Assembly (NCBI GenBank): GCA_012295275.1
Contig: CM022665.1
Coordinates: 17,050,001 to 17,114,000, forward strand
Source of the DNA: Chrysomallon squamiferum
Taxonomy: Eukaryota > Animalia > Mollusca
Direction of reading: 5' to 3'
DNA length: 64,000 nt
In this document: piece after piece, positions 35,391 to 49,071 of the stretch
How positions within the stretch are numbered: the first letter of the stretch is position 1
Layout: every line of letters begins with the position of its first letter
The notes under the pieces: generated by a model
Told to the model about the DNA's origin: nothing
Databases searched by the model: none
The model's input: the letters and a program-made list of their open reading frames with translations, nothing else
Program-made: the position numbers and the translations under genes

Positions 35391-38300
35391 CAGAAAACAA
35401 TAAATATTTAAAAAAAAATTAAAAATATACTTAGCTGTTTCATACTCGGGAGTGCGAGGTTACTTACCATACTTGTTCAAGTAAATAGTGTAAGTGTATA
35501 AGAGTCAGTAAATTGAAAATATTTAAAAATACAACGTAAAAATACATGTAAAAATACAACGAGGTTTAGATATTTTGAACATCAGAACAGTGCTGAAGTG
35601 AGAAATTAGTAAACTAGTTGTGGTACAAAACAAGAACAACAACAAAATACAATATCACAGCAAACCAGTTTCGATATGGTCAGTTAGTATGTGAGCCAAA
35701 TATTCACAGTGCAAGAATTTGAGTATCGGGCGAGAAGAATTGTTGTTCTTTAAGTGGTCTTTTGTACAAACGTTGTTTTTGCTTTTTGCATTTGCTTTTA
35801 CTGAATTTTGCTCGAGTCCCCCCTGGTGACTAGTAGCCAACCCCTAGGGTTATGAGACTGCCAATCCGGAAGCTGCAGCTATAAAATCTATGTACGTACT
35901 AACTGTTATGGTTACGGCGATGGACTCGGTACATCTACCAGTAACGATGGTGGTATGTTAAATTATGGAGGAATCCAACACGTCTTTCGTTACTGATGTT
36001 GCACTTAACAGTCCATCTGTTACCTCAGTTTCAAATGAGACTGTAACATGATCAAAAGAGCTGACACCAATGTGGATCATGTCATTAGAAAAAGTGGTGA
36101 AGAAAATTAGCTTAAAAACAGAGAAAAAAATATATATACATACATTCTGCCCCATCATTTACACTTAGAGAAAATTTTCTTCAAGAATAGCCTTCCATGT
36201 TCTTCCCAGATTGTGAAGAAAAAAATGATACTATATCTTGTTTAATGTTTGATAGAGGTAATATTATTTTTTTAATTTTAATACAGAGCCAAATAAAGTG
36301 TCAGCCAAACTCAGATTTTGTCATAAATGTCCTTGAAGTGAGGCATGTAGTCTCGAAAACAACATTGTTTTAATATTCATACAGGGTGCTTTGAAGTAAC
36401 CGGACATCTTTTACGACATATGAACGACAGAGCACTTCAGCTGGACAGAGTGTGTGTGCGTGTGTGTGTTTATATGTATATCTCATGCCGCCACTATCCC
36501 GAAACATAAATAACTAAATATAAATAAAGTCTATAGACTTATACATATCTAATTGTCGTTTTTTCTATAATTTACCGCTATCATTATTTTAATCTCTACA
36601 AACTCGTTAATTTTTGTTTACATTATTAAAGACTCATTATTTGATAAATAGAAAAATAATGATAAATAGGAAGCATGCAATTATCGTCTGCCACGATTTC
36701 ATGTCTGCTTCTCCTAACATGCTGGAGAGAATCTATAATTTTATTATTTTTCAGCTGTTAACGATTTCTTGGAGTTTTATTGTTTTACTTAGTCTTTTTA
36801 AAACATTTACTAAACATTTTGTAGTTTTAATACTGAAACTTTTATTATTTAGATTGATAAGATGATAAGGAAGATCTTTAATAAAATAATCACAAAGTTA
36901 ACTAAATTCAAGTGTAGAACTAAAATATACAAACAAAAGTAAACTTAGCATACGCAAAAAGGACCCAGCACTTCTCACTCACACACACACACGCACGCAC
37001 GCACGCACACACACACACAATATTTCGTTTACGTTCATATCAGTTTCGTCCTAGTATATAAATATATTTGTCTATCTGTATAAATTTGTGTGTGTGCGCG
37101 TGTGTGTATGTGTGATTAAATAAAATGATAACTGATCTTTTAATAATACAATTTAAACATATATTTAACACTACATTAACACCTGTGTGTACGTATGGTG
37201 AAAAAATCGCAGGATTTTCTCTCTTCTCTGAAAACAGATATATTAAAAAAAAAAAAAAAATGCAAATTAATGAACACAGACATCAATTTTTGATTTTAAA
37301 ACAAAATACAGTATGGTAATATTTTACATTAAATAAATGTATATGTCACACGTAATGATAATAATTATATTAAATAATTCAAAAGGGACTCACACATACA
37401 CACTACATTTAAATCATCATAGTATATGGTGCACATATATACATACATATTATATACATACCTACATACATACATATATACATACACACAAACATACATA
37501 CATATATACATAGACACACACACACACATATATATACATACATACATACATACATACACACATACCTACATACATGTACGTACACACCTGCACAGACTAT
37601 ATATTTTTAATGTTAAAACCAAATACAAAACGGATTAAATCAATATTTCAGATTCCGATTTTTGCGTTATCTTTGTAAATCAGTCAGCCATTAGGATCTA
37701 ACTGCTTCGTAACCCAGGAAATACAAATCTGAAATCTATAGAAATGAACGCCACACCACGGGTAGAATAATGTATTATTTATACAGTGTACTGTCCAATA
37801 AGCTTTTCATTATATATACTAATATATAATCACTATAAACGACACGGCAACCTTTATTTGACCAAGGTTCATTATCTATTTATAAAATTAGTCTTCTCTG
37901 CTGTTTATCTGTGTTTCAACTCATTGAGTTTTACAGAAAGGATGTGTGTGAGACAGAGAGAAACTGAGAAACTGAGGCTGCTTGGACTTGTGTCTGTACG
38001 TACGTACGGACACTCACAAACACATATATTCATGAACAAAGTTATTAATATACAAACATATTTCCGCCGACAAGCGTAATTTGTTCATTTAAAATTTTAA
38101 ACTATTCATTTTTTCTAAACGAAACGCCTTTAAATTATATAGATAGATAAATATAGATATATATATCGACAAAGAGATAGATGGATAGATAAGATAGATA
38201 GATATATAGATATTTAGAGCATTATATTTCATTTTATTTTTTTCAGGATATATTTTTTAATTATTTTCATTATTTATTTTAAATTAATAGGCATCCACAT

Positions 38301-38472
38301 TTAAAACACGATTTTTCTTAACTACAGTGATGGTTCTTCAGCAAAAAGGAGATATGTACGAAGCAGAAGAAAACGAAACTTCCGCTGCAGATGTGTGTAG
38401 TTGATGGATGTAATGTTGTTTATTTGTTTGCTATTTCATTGCTAAAGGTTTATTTTCAGGCTGATCTGAAAT

Positions 38473-41400
38473 ATGCCACCTACAATCCAAACAGGTCCTA
38501 GAGAGGACCGAGAGAAAAGAAGCAGACCGGGTGATAAAAGGTAACCTAAATTTAAATCCGTGATAATCAATGGTTTCGAAATCCGAGTTGTCCGACATTC
38601 ACATTGTAAGATTGTTTACCATTAAAATTCACAATTCTTTCTGTAGTTGTAATTATTTATAGAGAGTGTTAGTAATAGAATATTTTACAAATGAATCCAA
38701 AATATGTTTCTCTGCATAGTAATTAGCGGGGAAAAACAAAAGCAAAATATACCACTGCTAAAACCTTAAAAACGTCAAACTTTAAATTTTTAAATTTTTT
38801 TATAGTTGCTATTTGTTACTAAAGGCTCATTAATTATTATTTTCTGTTATTTTCAGGTCAGAGCTGATTGCAAGAGTCAAATACAGCAACACTCTGCCAG
38901 ATATTCCTTTTGATCCCAAATTTATAACATACCCATTTGAATCTAACAGGTAAATATATTGTCACCTTATTTGTGTTAATAAAAATAAAAAGATTTTATA
39001 AACAAAACATTATTAGATCAAGCTTTATTGAGGTGTAAAATTATTTTTGAAGTATGTCCATAAACATGAGCCAATATTCTTTTTTTTTCTTTTTCTAATG
39101 TATTATCCCCCTTTAATGTTCAAGTATTTATGCATATTTGTCTGGTGATTTTGGTGTTGAAATTGTTTATCAGACATACATGTAGGCTGTAAATAATTAA
39201 ATGTACAGCTGAAACAAAAACAGTCTTCAAAATAGGTTACTGCTTTAGCTTAGCTTTGCCTGAAATATACTTTACTGCCTTAGTGAGTTAGTCATCTTTA
39301 AAAATTAAAATTTGTTTATCTTCCTCAGTTGCATCAATAAATGTATAATTATTTTATTTCCAATATCTTGTTTTCAAAATAATAAATCTTCAGTTCCTCA
39401 TTCCTCTGATTGTTTGTGGCAATGTTTTACAACAAGCAGACAAACCCATGCAGTTTATATAATTGTTATTCAGATTTGCAAACAGTGGTTAGATATTCGA
39501 TCCTTTAAAGAATAAACAAGGAAATTAAAAATACAAGCTGTTAAGCCTCATCCAATTTTTTTTTCTGAACAAAAGGCTGTTCAAAATGTTTCTTTTGGAG
39601 TCTTATCTCTGTATTTGCATGTATATGTATACAACTACACACAAAACTGTTCCCTGCTCCATGCCATTGGTTCTAAAAACTTCAATGTAAACCTGACATA
39701 TTGCCTTGAAATGGTGACAAACACCATAAAACTATCTTAAATAAGTCATACTAAAACTTAAAAATCTCTAAAACACAGTCATGTTTTTTTAAGAATAATG
39801 AACATAATTAATAACATTTCCTTGTGATTTACCCTTAGAAATGTTTTAAGTTTGATGACAAATGTCTTACAGTTAGTATTTTTATAGTATTTTTAATTTA
39901 CTTTTTTTAGCTTTTATCATTTATTGTTCATTTGTTTTTAAAATGGGGTATTAATATATGTATGTGTGTGTGTGTTAACTGATGTTTATATAAATATATA
40001 TATATTTATTTCACATTCTGTACTTGTGATTTCAGATTTATTCAGTACAAACCGACGTCACTGGAGAGATTGTACAAATATGATCTGCTGACTGAGCCTG
40101 ATCTTGGTGTTACAATAGATCTGATTAATCCTGACACTTACAAGATTGACACTAATGGTAATACACACTGGCCGCTCAAGTGAACTTGTATTTTAACATA
40201 AGAAAAAAATATGACTATTTTAGAAGTTATACTTTTATTATAGATTAAATTTCTATATTAAACTTTTCACTTTGGTATTACCATCTAAGAACACAAATCT
40301 GAATTATGGCAAAAGTACACAGTATCCAAGCATCATACTGGAGATTCTGTTATAACACAGTATATTGTGACTTGTAAAGAGATAAGTATAGGCATGAAGA
40401 AAGTCAAAATTAAAAGATATTCAAGATTTTAATATATACTGGTTCTCAAATATGTTATTTTGTTATGATGAATTTTCAGAACTTCACTATCATGAAATTA
40501 TCTACTATTAATAATGATTAAAATGTATTTTCCAAGTGCATTTTGTTATAGGTTGGTAAACACTTAGTATGGACATGCTGTACTGGTTTTTGTTATGGAG
40601 TAACAAATAAGCTCATGATCTTCATCTTTTAGCAACATTTAGATTATTTTATCCAAAAATAAAAAATTGTAAAGTATAATACAGTTTGAAAATTGCATAA
40701 TTATGTGTATTTATTTTATTTGTGTTAGATACAGAGTTTATGGAATATGTTTGTTAGAAATAAATGATGCAGACTGTTTAAGGTCTGATCCCTAGTGTTC
40801 TGGATATATTTTTGATACTGTTATTTTATCTGTAGCATACACAGATCCAGAGGATGAGAAACTTCTTGAAGATGATCACAACACACCACAGGATACTAAA
40901 AGGTTTTTTTTATCAGTGACTTTGTTTTCTTAGTTTCACACAATTAAAAAAATAATAATTGTTCTTTCAAAGGTTTTTTCACAAAAAAGAGTAATAATGG
41001 TATTGTGTTTTTGTTTATTATTTTCATAATGCATAAATAATTTTGTCTGAATTAAAATGTTTTTGATAGCAAACTTTTATAATAGAAATGTAATACCAAT
41101 ATTATAATTAAAAAGGTGAAGAAAAAAAAAATTATTATTATTTAAAAGGTAATATTTATTTAAAGTATATGTTATAAATATTATATTTTTTACAATATGA
41201 ATGGATAATTATATTTTAAATATTAAAATAGACAAAATATGTATTACATTTTAAAACTATTTATATTTCAGGTCCAGACATCACCGAGCTAATGTATCCT
41301 GGCTGAGAAAAACTGAATACATTTCTACTGAGTATAATCGCTTCCAGCAGAAATCTGACAGAACCGAGATAAAGTAAATAGACTCATATTTTTGTTAAAT

Positions 41401-44400
41401 CTGATTTGTTGTTCAGTTATTATATAATTAGGAGAAGGAAAGCTGCAGCTCAGTGGTCAAATACTGGCCAGAGATATAGCTGGACACAAGATCAGTACAC
41501 TGATCCATCTGTTTGACTATTTAGCATTCTAACCAATGTCATGTCAAAACCATGACATTTACTTTTAAATCTGTGATAAGATGATAATATTTGTATTTGG
41601 ACATAAGATTAAGGTAAATATATCAATGAGATTTGAAATATTAGTCTTATGTACACAAACATAAACACAACCTGTAACTGACTATTGTCAGAATTGATGG
41701 AGCAAAATGATTCCAGCATAAATAAAAAAGAACTGCTTAAATCTTTTTGATTTTGCTACACATAATTTTCTAACTGTATAAGATTGTTTGAGTTGAGTAT
41801 TTGTTTTTGTTGACAGGGTTGGTTTTAAGATAAAACAGACGATGAAGGAAGAAGATGTTTACAAAGACAGAGACACACAAATCAGAGCTATAGAGAATAC
41901 CTTTAAAAAAGCTGATATAACTGTAAGTTATCTGTCATTACATTTTCATAATACAGGGTTGTTGTTGTTTTTTTGATGGGGGATTTGTATGTTTACTTTG
42001 TTGTATTATAATGGATGAAAATGACAGGATATCATCTGTATTGTGTTTTATCTTCATAAAATTGTTGTTTTTTGTTTGTGTTTTCAAATATAAAACATGT
42101 CTGACTTAGAATTGATGAAAAATACAGAAGTAAATAACTCCCATAACAAATGTTAGGTCTTGTGGGGTTTCTTGTCATCTGGAGGATGCTTAAAAATAAA
42201 AGCCTAGTTGTGAATTAATAAAATTAATCCACAGAATGGCAAATGTGGGTATATTCTCTAACATGTCATTTTACTGTTTGTATTCATATTAAAATTTATA
42301 GATATTCTAAAGGAACATAGTAAGAGTACATTATTTGTAATAATAATTGTTTTATTTTATTTATTGTTTTACTTTTAACAGTGTTTTTGTTTTTAAATTG
42401 TATTGTATTGTATTATATTTATTATAATTATATTATATCTTATGTTATGTTATATTATACTTGTTGTTGTTGTTTAGATCACTGAACATTACAGTAAGAA
42501 GACACCCAGAGTGACACCAGTGGAGGTTTTGCCTGTCTTCCCAGACTTTGAGGTTTGCCCAGTTTTATTATTATATAAAATACTTTATTACAGTTTATAT
42601 GTAATATTTTGTTTTTTTAATTTTTTTTTTATTAACATCAGTATATCAATTATTTGTTTAATGCTATTGCTGTGATTGCTTTTCATTATTCACTATATCT
42701 AAAAATCAGTTTGTTATTCTAGGCTGTAAAATACAAAAACGTTTTTTTAATTATTTTTTTCTTCTCTTGTTTAATAAAATATATTTTGTTTTGTTTTGTT
42801 TTATTGTTAAAATAGTGACAAAAATTTACAGAATTTCTTTCGTTAAAAAAATATCATTTTTCTTATTTTTCATTTATAATTTGTAAATTATTACTATTAT
42901 TTTTATTCTCTTATTATTGAATCACATTACTTTACTGATATTTTATTATTTTGGTAGCTATGGAAACATCCATTTGCCCAAGTCTTGTTTGACTCTGATC
43001 CAGCACCAAAAGGCAGACCACTACCAGCACAGCATGAGGAAATGTCGCAAGCCATGATTCGGTAAAACCACACATTTTTCTTCTTAATGAATATTTTTAT
43101 AATTACAGGTGAGAATCCTTTATCCAAAATACTTGGGACTAGAAGTGTTTATTATTTTGAAATCTAGGAGAATAGGGTGCAAGTCTAAATATGAATTCAG
43201 TTTAAATTTCATATGGAGCTTATACAAGTAGTTTGCAGGATTTCTTTACATAATATTTCTGACAAATTTGTGCATGAAATAAAGTTTGTGTGTGCAAAAC
43301 AATCCAAAAATTGTAAGATATCACTATGTCTGCTTTTGCCAAACATCTGTAGATAACGTAGGGTGTAATTAATTATTAATATTTAGAAATTTTGCTGTGT
43401 TGTTAACTCCATGAAATCCATTGTAGCTAATCATTAAGATTACCAAAACTAATCACATTTTTTTTGTGTCTCTTAAACTCCTACCAAATCAAAAAAAAAA
43501 AAAAAGAAGTTTAATGCATTATGTAATTTTTTTTCAATTTCTTTTTTTTACTTCTACTTATGACTTTTTATAAAGTCTAAAAATAATATTTCTTTTCTTT
43601 GTATCTCATAAACTCCTTACATGTAGAAAGGTACCAAGCAATACTTAACTACATTTTTTTATTTCTAGTTATGATTTTTAGTTAATTTTTATTAATTTCT
43701 GTACATCTTTTTTCAGTGGAGCAGTGGATGAGAGTGGAGAACAGTTTGTAGCATACTTCTTACCAACAGACGAAACACTCGCCAAGAGAAAACGTGATGC
43801 TGAAGAAGATGTTGATTATGTTCCTGACGAAGAGTAAGTGAACAGATTCTTTGTAACTGGAGAAAATTACATTACTAATGAAAACATTAAGTACACTGGT
43901 AATACATTAAGTACACTGTTAATATATTACCTTTACATATACTATTGTTTAATGTTATTGTTAACACAGCAGTTATCTGGGTGGTTAATGATACTTCTTC
44001 TAACCAACATACAAAAATAAAGGTCCATGAAATTACTCTGAAAACTACAGACATATTGCATAACTGGACTGTTTAGGTAAATAATTTCCATCTGTACTTA
44101 ATTCTAGGTACTTATTAAGTATGCAGATGAAACAAATCCAACTCGTGAAAATTATTCTACGACAGACCATATATTTTCTTTATACTCTTTAATTATTTAC
44201 CGAACAAATGTAGGAAAAATTGTATTGTGTTTTTATAGAGCTTAAGGAAGGATTTGATGGAGTCTGGAGAAAAGGGCTATTGTATAAGTTAATTAGCTGT
44301 GGTATAAATAGAAAATGTTTTAATGTCTTAGTAAATATATATAAAGATATTAAGGCAAGAATTACAGCAATTTGTAATTTGATAGTTGTAATTGTGAAAT

Positions 44401-47400
44401 TGGTGTTAGGCAAGGTGAACATTTTTTACCATATTCACTTTCTATTTTTCTAAATAGAGGAGTTTCTTGTAGTTAGTAAGGCAAATGAAATAGAATCAAT
44501 TACAACAATGTTTAGTGAAAAATGTAATGTTTTATTTAAAGCTTTTTATTCTACTACATGCTGATGTTACAATACTGTTAGTAGAATCACTGGTTGCTCT
44601 GCAACATAATTTTAACATTTTTGTCAATTACTGCTGACTTTGGAGGCTTAAAGTCAATACAAATGAAACTAAAATAATGAATTTCAGTAAAGGGAGAAAA
44701 CTTCATTTAAATTCGATGGAGAGATTATTGATATAGTAAATAACTATACATTTTTGGGCATACACTTTACAAGAAACGGTCTATTCTATTACAACATAAA
44801 ACAACTATATAACAAAGCAATGTATAGCCTAATAGCTAAAAGTCGTCTGCTGTACACTTGATTTATTTAACAGTGATGTACAACCAATTTTATTGCATGG
44901 GTCTGAAATAAGGTGGGTTTTTTTTTTTACAAATGTATGGTTATATATTTAAATGTAAGGATTCTCTATTATTAAATGTTAGAAAAGGTAGATCTGACAA
45001 AAATACAAGACATCCAGATGTATTTTCATATAATAATTTGTTTTACAGGAAAAATATGTTTATATTAAAAAAAAGTTATCTCTGTTAATGAATAATAGAG
45101 AGTATGTCCTTCACATTAAATGTCCACATATATGTCAATATTAATTTTGTTATTATATATCTGCAATACATTCTCTCTATACTGTAATCCTATAGTTTAT
45201 GAGAGTACATTCATTGTCATTTAGCTATTTGGGTCAGCTCTAAAACCTAATCAAAATATACAGTGAAAACAAAACACTTGGTATCATCACTCAACTGTTG
45301 AGTAACCCAGCTGAAAGGCATCACTCATATGCTGTCATTTTTCAAAATATTTGTGTATGTATGTACATGTAAATATTGTTAGTCACCTTATTACACTGAC
45401 TTATTTTAAATAATTGTATTTTTTTTCACCTTTGAATATCATCCAATAGCCAACTTTATTTTTGTGCTGGGGTGTCATTAAATTAAATATAAATAAATAA
45501 AACATTCACATGATTTCATTTTAAACACAGTAGTTTTTCTTTCTCATTTTTTTGTTTTCTCTGTTTCTGTATGTTTCTGTCTGTCTGTAACAAGTCATAC
45601 AGAGACAAAAAATCCCATTTAATTTGACATTACCTGCAACATAGATGAGTGTACCATGATAATTTATTTTCATTTCATAAATCAGCATTTAATTTTCTTA
45701 CAATTATGTCTTTTTTACATTTTTTTATATTTGAGTATTTTGATGATTTTATCACTTCTGTTGTGGTGATACTGTATTTTATCTGAACATTTGTAACAAT
45801 CTTCCTGCACAGATACGACTACATGTTGGCCAGAGAGTATAACTGGAATGTGAAAAACAAACTTTCTAAAGGATATGAAGAGACATATTTCTTTGTGATT
45901 CGAGACAATGGAGTCTACTATGATGAACTGGAAACCAGGTTTGATTCCTTAAATATATTTAAAAAAAAAAAAAAAAAAGGGTATAATCATAATAATGTGC
46001 ACACAAGTAGCTCTTTCCTGGCTGTTTTCCATAGTTAAAACTAAAATGTAGGTGCAGTATAATTTAAAAGATTTCCATAATTTCAATTTAAGTGAAGTAT
46101 AAATTCATCTTAAATGTACATTAAACTTTAAAGCATTTTAAACTTAGGCTGGGTGAAATTGAATAGAACATTTTTAATTGATTTACAAACTTCAGCTTCA
46201 AACATGCACTGTTTTGGTAGAGTAGTTGTTCAATTTTTTGGAATACATATTTTGTACTTTTCTTAGAGTACGTCTGAGCAAAAGACGAAAAACTGGGCAA
46301 GTTGCGAAATCTCGACTGGTTATCAAACATCGTGCCTTGAATGAGAAAGAAGTCAGTGCCCAGGTTTGGAAACAATTTTTTTTAAATTTTGTCAAATATT
46401 TATGTTGAAAATATGGAAATAGTTGTTGTAATTAAGGATATAATAGGTCATTTGCATAACAGAAATTGAAATAAGATGAGATTTGTTTTCTTCTTTTTTT
46501 TCAATTTTTTTTTTAATTGTATTCTACAAAGGTGGTGAATCATTTATTCAGCAAGCTTGGGCAGGAGATTGTTCAGAGTTGTGGATAAAGACTAAATCTT
46601 TGCTTGAAATATAAAATAAACAATGAAACTGTATTCAAATTAATACACTTCTAAAACAGGGTCTATTTTATCTTATTAATTCACTAAAAATTCTTAAAAT
46701 AACTTTTCACTAGCAAATTGCCATGTCTGCTTGTCTTCTAGAAATGATAATAAATAAAAATGAAAGTAAACTGAAACAAATAATAACTTGTCATGATAGA
46801 ATCACATGTATACAGAAAAACTCTCAGTTGAACTGGCATCACAGACACTAAAACAAAGTCTGTTAATATAAAATTGTTTGTATTGCAGGATGCTCGTTTG
46901 ATGATGTTGGAACCAGTTCAGGAGGAAGAGGAAGAAGAAATGCAGTTTGATAATGTTGCTTCAGGTGAGTGGAAAAGAAATTATTTATAAATACAGTAGA
47001 AAACATAATTCTCAAAATTAAACTGTTGGTTTTTTTGTTATTTTGTATTTTGTTTTTTAATTTTTAGTTTTTGGTTTTTGTTCCCAGGAAGTTACATGTA
47101 AAAGATCCGTTATTATTTAATTATATAGGCAGCTCATGAAATTGTGGTAGCATTTGTATTTTTTCTTATGTAGTTATTACAAAAATATTAATACCTAATC
47201 AACATTATAATGACTTTTGTCATTATGAAAACATTAATTTACTTATATTTTGTTGCAAAATATTTCATTTAATCTGTTCTTTTAATAATGTCATTTTATC
47301 AACTGCTGCCTCATTTTACAATGTATTTTTAAAATCATTCAATTCTCAGATCAAGAATTTAAAACTCCCAGCGACAAGGGGGATAAAAGTGATGATGACC

Positions 47401-47699
47401 AGGCAAGTGTCAAGTCTGGACAGAGTGGACGCAGTGGCTCAGGTAGTAGATCACAAAGCAGAAGCCGTTCAAGTAGTCGCTCAGCAAGTAGAAGTCCTAG
47501 CAGAAGTAGAAGTCGCAGCAGAAGTAGAAGTGGCAGTCGTAGCGGAAGTGGTAGTCGAAGTGGCAGCAGCAGCAGCAGTGGTAGTGAGAAAGGAAGTGGA
47601 AAGGAAGACAGTGGTAGTGAAAGTGAAGCAGAAGATAAGGATAGAAAGAAAGAAGAAGAAGAGATCTTTGGAGCTGCTAGTAGTTCTGACAGTGATTAA
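38473..47699 (+). CDS. PAF1: RNA polymerase II-associated factor 1 (PAF1 complex subunit), 13 coding exons, ~500 aa
   Basis: Exons 38473-38540, 38857-38949, 40036-40157, 40836-40902, 41272-41373, 41817-41922, 42478-42552, 42958-43061, 43717-43833, 45813-45938, 46267-46363, 46889-46964, 47350-47699 (1503 nt, phases consistent). The translation includes [113 protein letters not shown] and EEIFG, all recognisable as Paf1. Confidence 0.97.
43106..43333 (+). mobile_element. Truncated pogo/Tigger-type DNA transposon end resembling Tigger4/MER46
   Basis: Begins TA|caggtgagaatcctttatccaaaatacttgggactagaagtgttt. Internal blocks caagtctaaatatgaattca and tttgtgcatgaaataaagtttgtgt are colinear with the recalled Tigger4/MER46 consensus. 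Confidence 0.65.
44020..44910 (+). mobile_element. Decayed non-LTR retrotransposon (LINE) reverse transcriptase fragment in PAF1 intron 9
   Basis: Frameshifted and stop-interrupted RT motifs in order: [61 protein letters not shown] (decayed YADD), [13 protein letters not shown]. Confidence 0.85.
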
Positions 47700-49038
47700 G
47701 AAAACACATTGGATAATCAGTTCAGTCTTTACTTACTTTTATATTGACAGTCATGTTTGTAAAAAATAATTTCCTATCATTTGTTAGTTTTATTGGATTT
47801 TACATGTTTTTGTTTTTTTAATGGACATGTATGTTGAATTCATGCTATAATGAAGTTAAGATTGAATTAATTCATGTCAAAAAGTCTTGTAAAACGAATA
47901 TAGTGTGGACCAAATTTTGTGAGCAGCATTTATATACAGAAAGGTGACACATTCTTCAGTGACTCATGTACCAAAAAATCTTTTGTAGTCAGATAAACAT
48001 TTGTATTATCATTTCAGATAAAAGTATAAAACATTTTTTAAACAAGGTTCAGGTTTTTTGGCAGGGCTGGGACTGGATGATGGGATCAGGCAGCATTTGT
48101 TATACATCTACTAAGTAGATAGATATTTTGAAATGAATCTAGTTATTAAAACAATTAACTGTCAACTGTGTGAACAGTTATTTTCATTAAACTAAGAATA
48201 TGTGTTATTCTTTATTAATTCTTTGTTGGCAGTGCTGGACTGATATTTTATAAATGTTCATCTAAAGCCAATATTGATCCTATTCCTTAAGATATAATCA
48301 TTGCTGAATGACCAGAATTGTTTTTATTCATCATTGGTTTGTGTTAGATCTCATTCGGCAGCATGATGTAGCTATTTTGCTTTGCCAGTTAACATAACAA
48401 ATGAACCCTATTCAGTAAATACCTTCTGCTGTAACTCACTTACACACATACTCACACTATGAAGCATTACATTTTTCTTTGTCCATTATCATCATTAGTT
48501 GTACAGAAACAATGAAACTGTGAGACATTCTTACTGATGTTGAATGATGATTAGTGCCCTTGAATACTCAGTCTTTTCAAGTACTATGTGTTTTCTCCTG
48601 CAGTTTTATATTTTCATGACATTAGTTTGAACAGTGAAAAATTGAAAAAAGTAACTAGTTTTACAAACTTCAGTTTCTAGGATTGTCAGATTTGTACAGA
48701 CTCACTGTCACACTGTATACAAACCAAAAACAGCCTCTGAAGTTCTACAAATGTACCACATTTTTTTAAAATACCCTAAATCATATCATTTCTCTACTTA
48801 AACATCATCCAACGGACAACTCGGGAAACATGCATTGTCTTAGTTGAGCAATACAATAACCTCTCAGTTGTTTTTATTAAATAGGAGTATTTTTGTGGGG
48901 GATTAGTTTGGTATATTATGTGTGAAAATCTTTATATAACATTTTACAACACAAAACTTTCTATTAAATTTGTTTAATTTTTAACTTAGAACATACAAAT
49001 GAATACAAACCATTTTTAAGTTTCAAAAAAAAAAAAAA

Positions 49039-49071
<33 letters not shown>

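Noticed and set aside
35461-35469. TACTTACC resembling the U1 snRNA 5' end
   Set aside because: Downstream sequence does not continue as U1. It is simply the reverse complement of a splice-donor consensus.
35958-36158. 66-aa minus-strand ORF with protein-like composition
   Set aside because: No recognisable family and no partner exons could be linked.
47389-47769. 126-aa Val/Ala-rich ORF
   Set aside because: Alternative frame of the PAF1 RS/SG-rich last exon.
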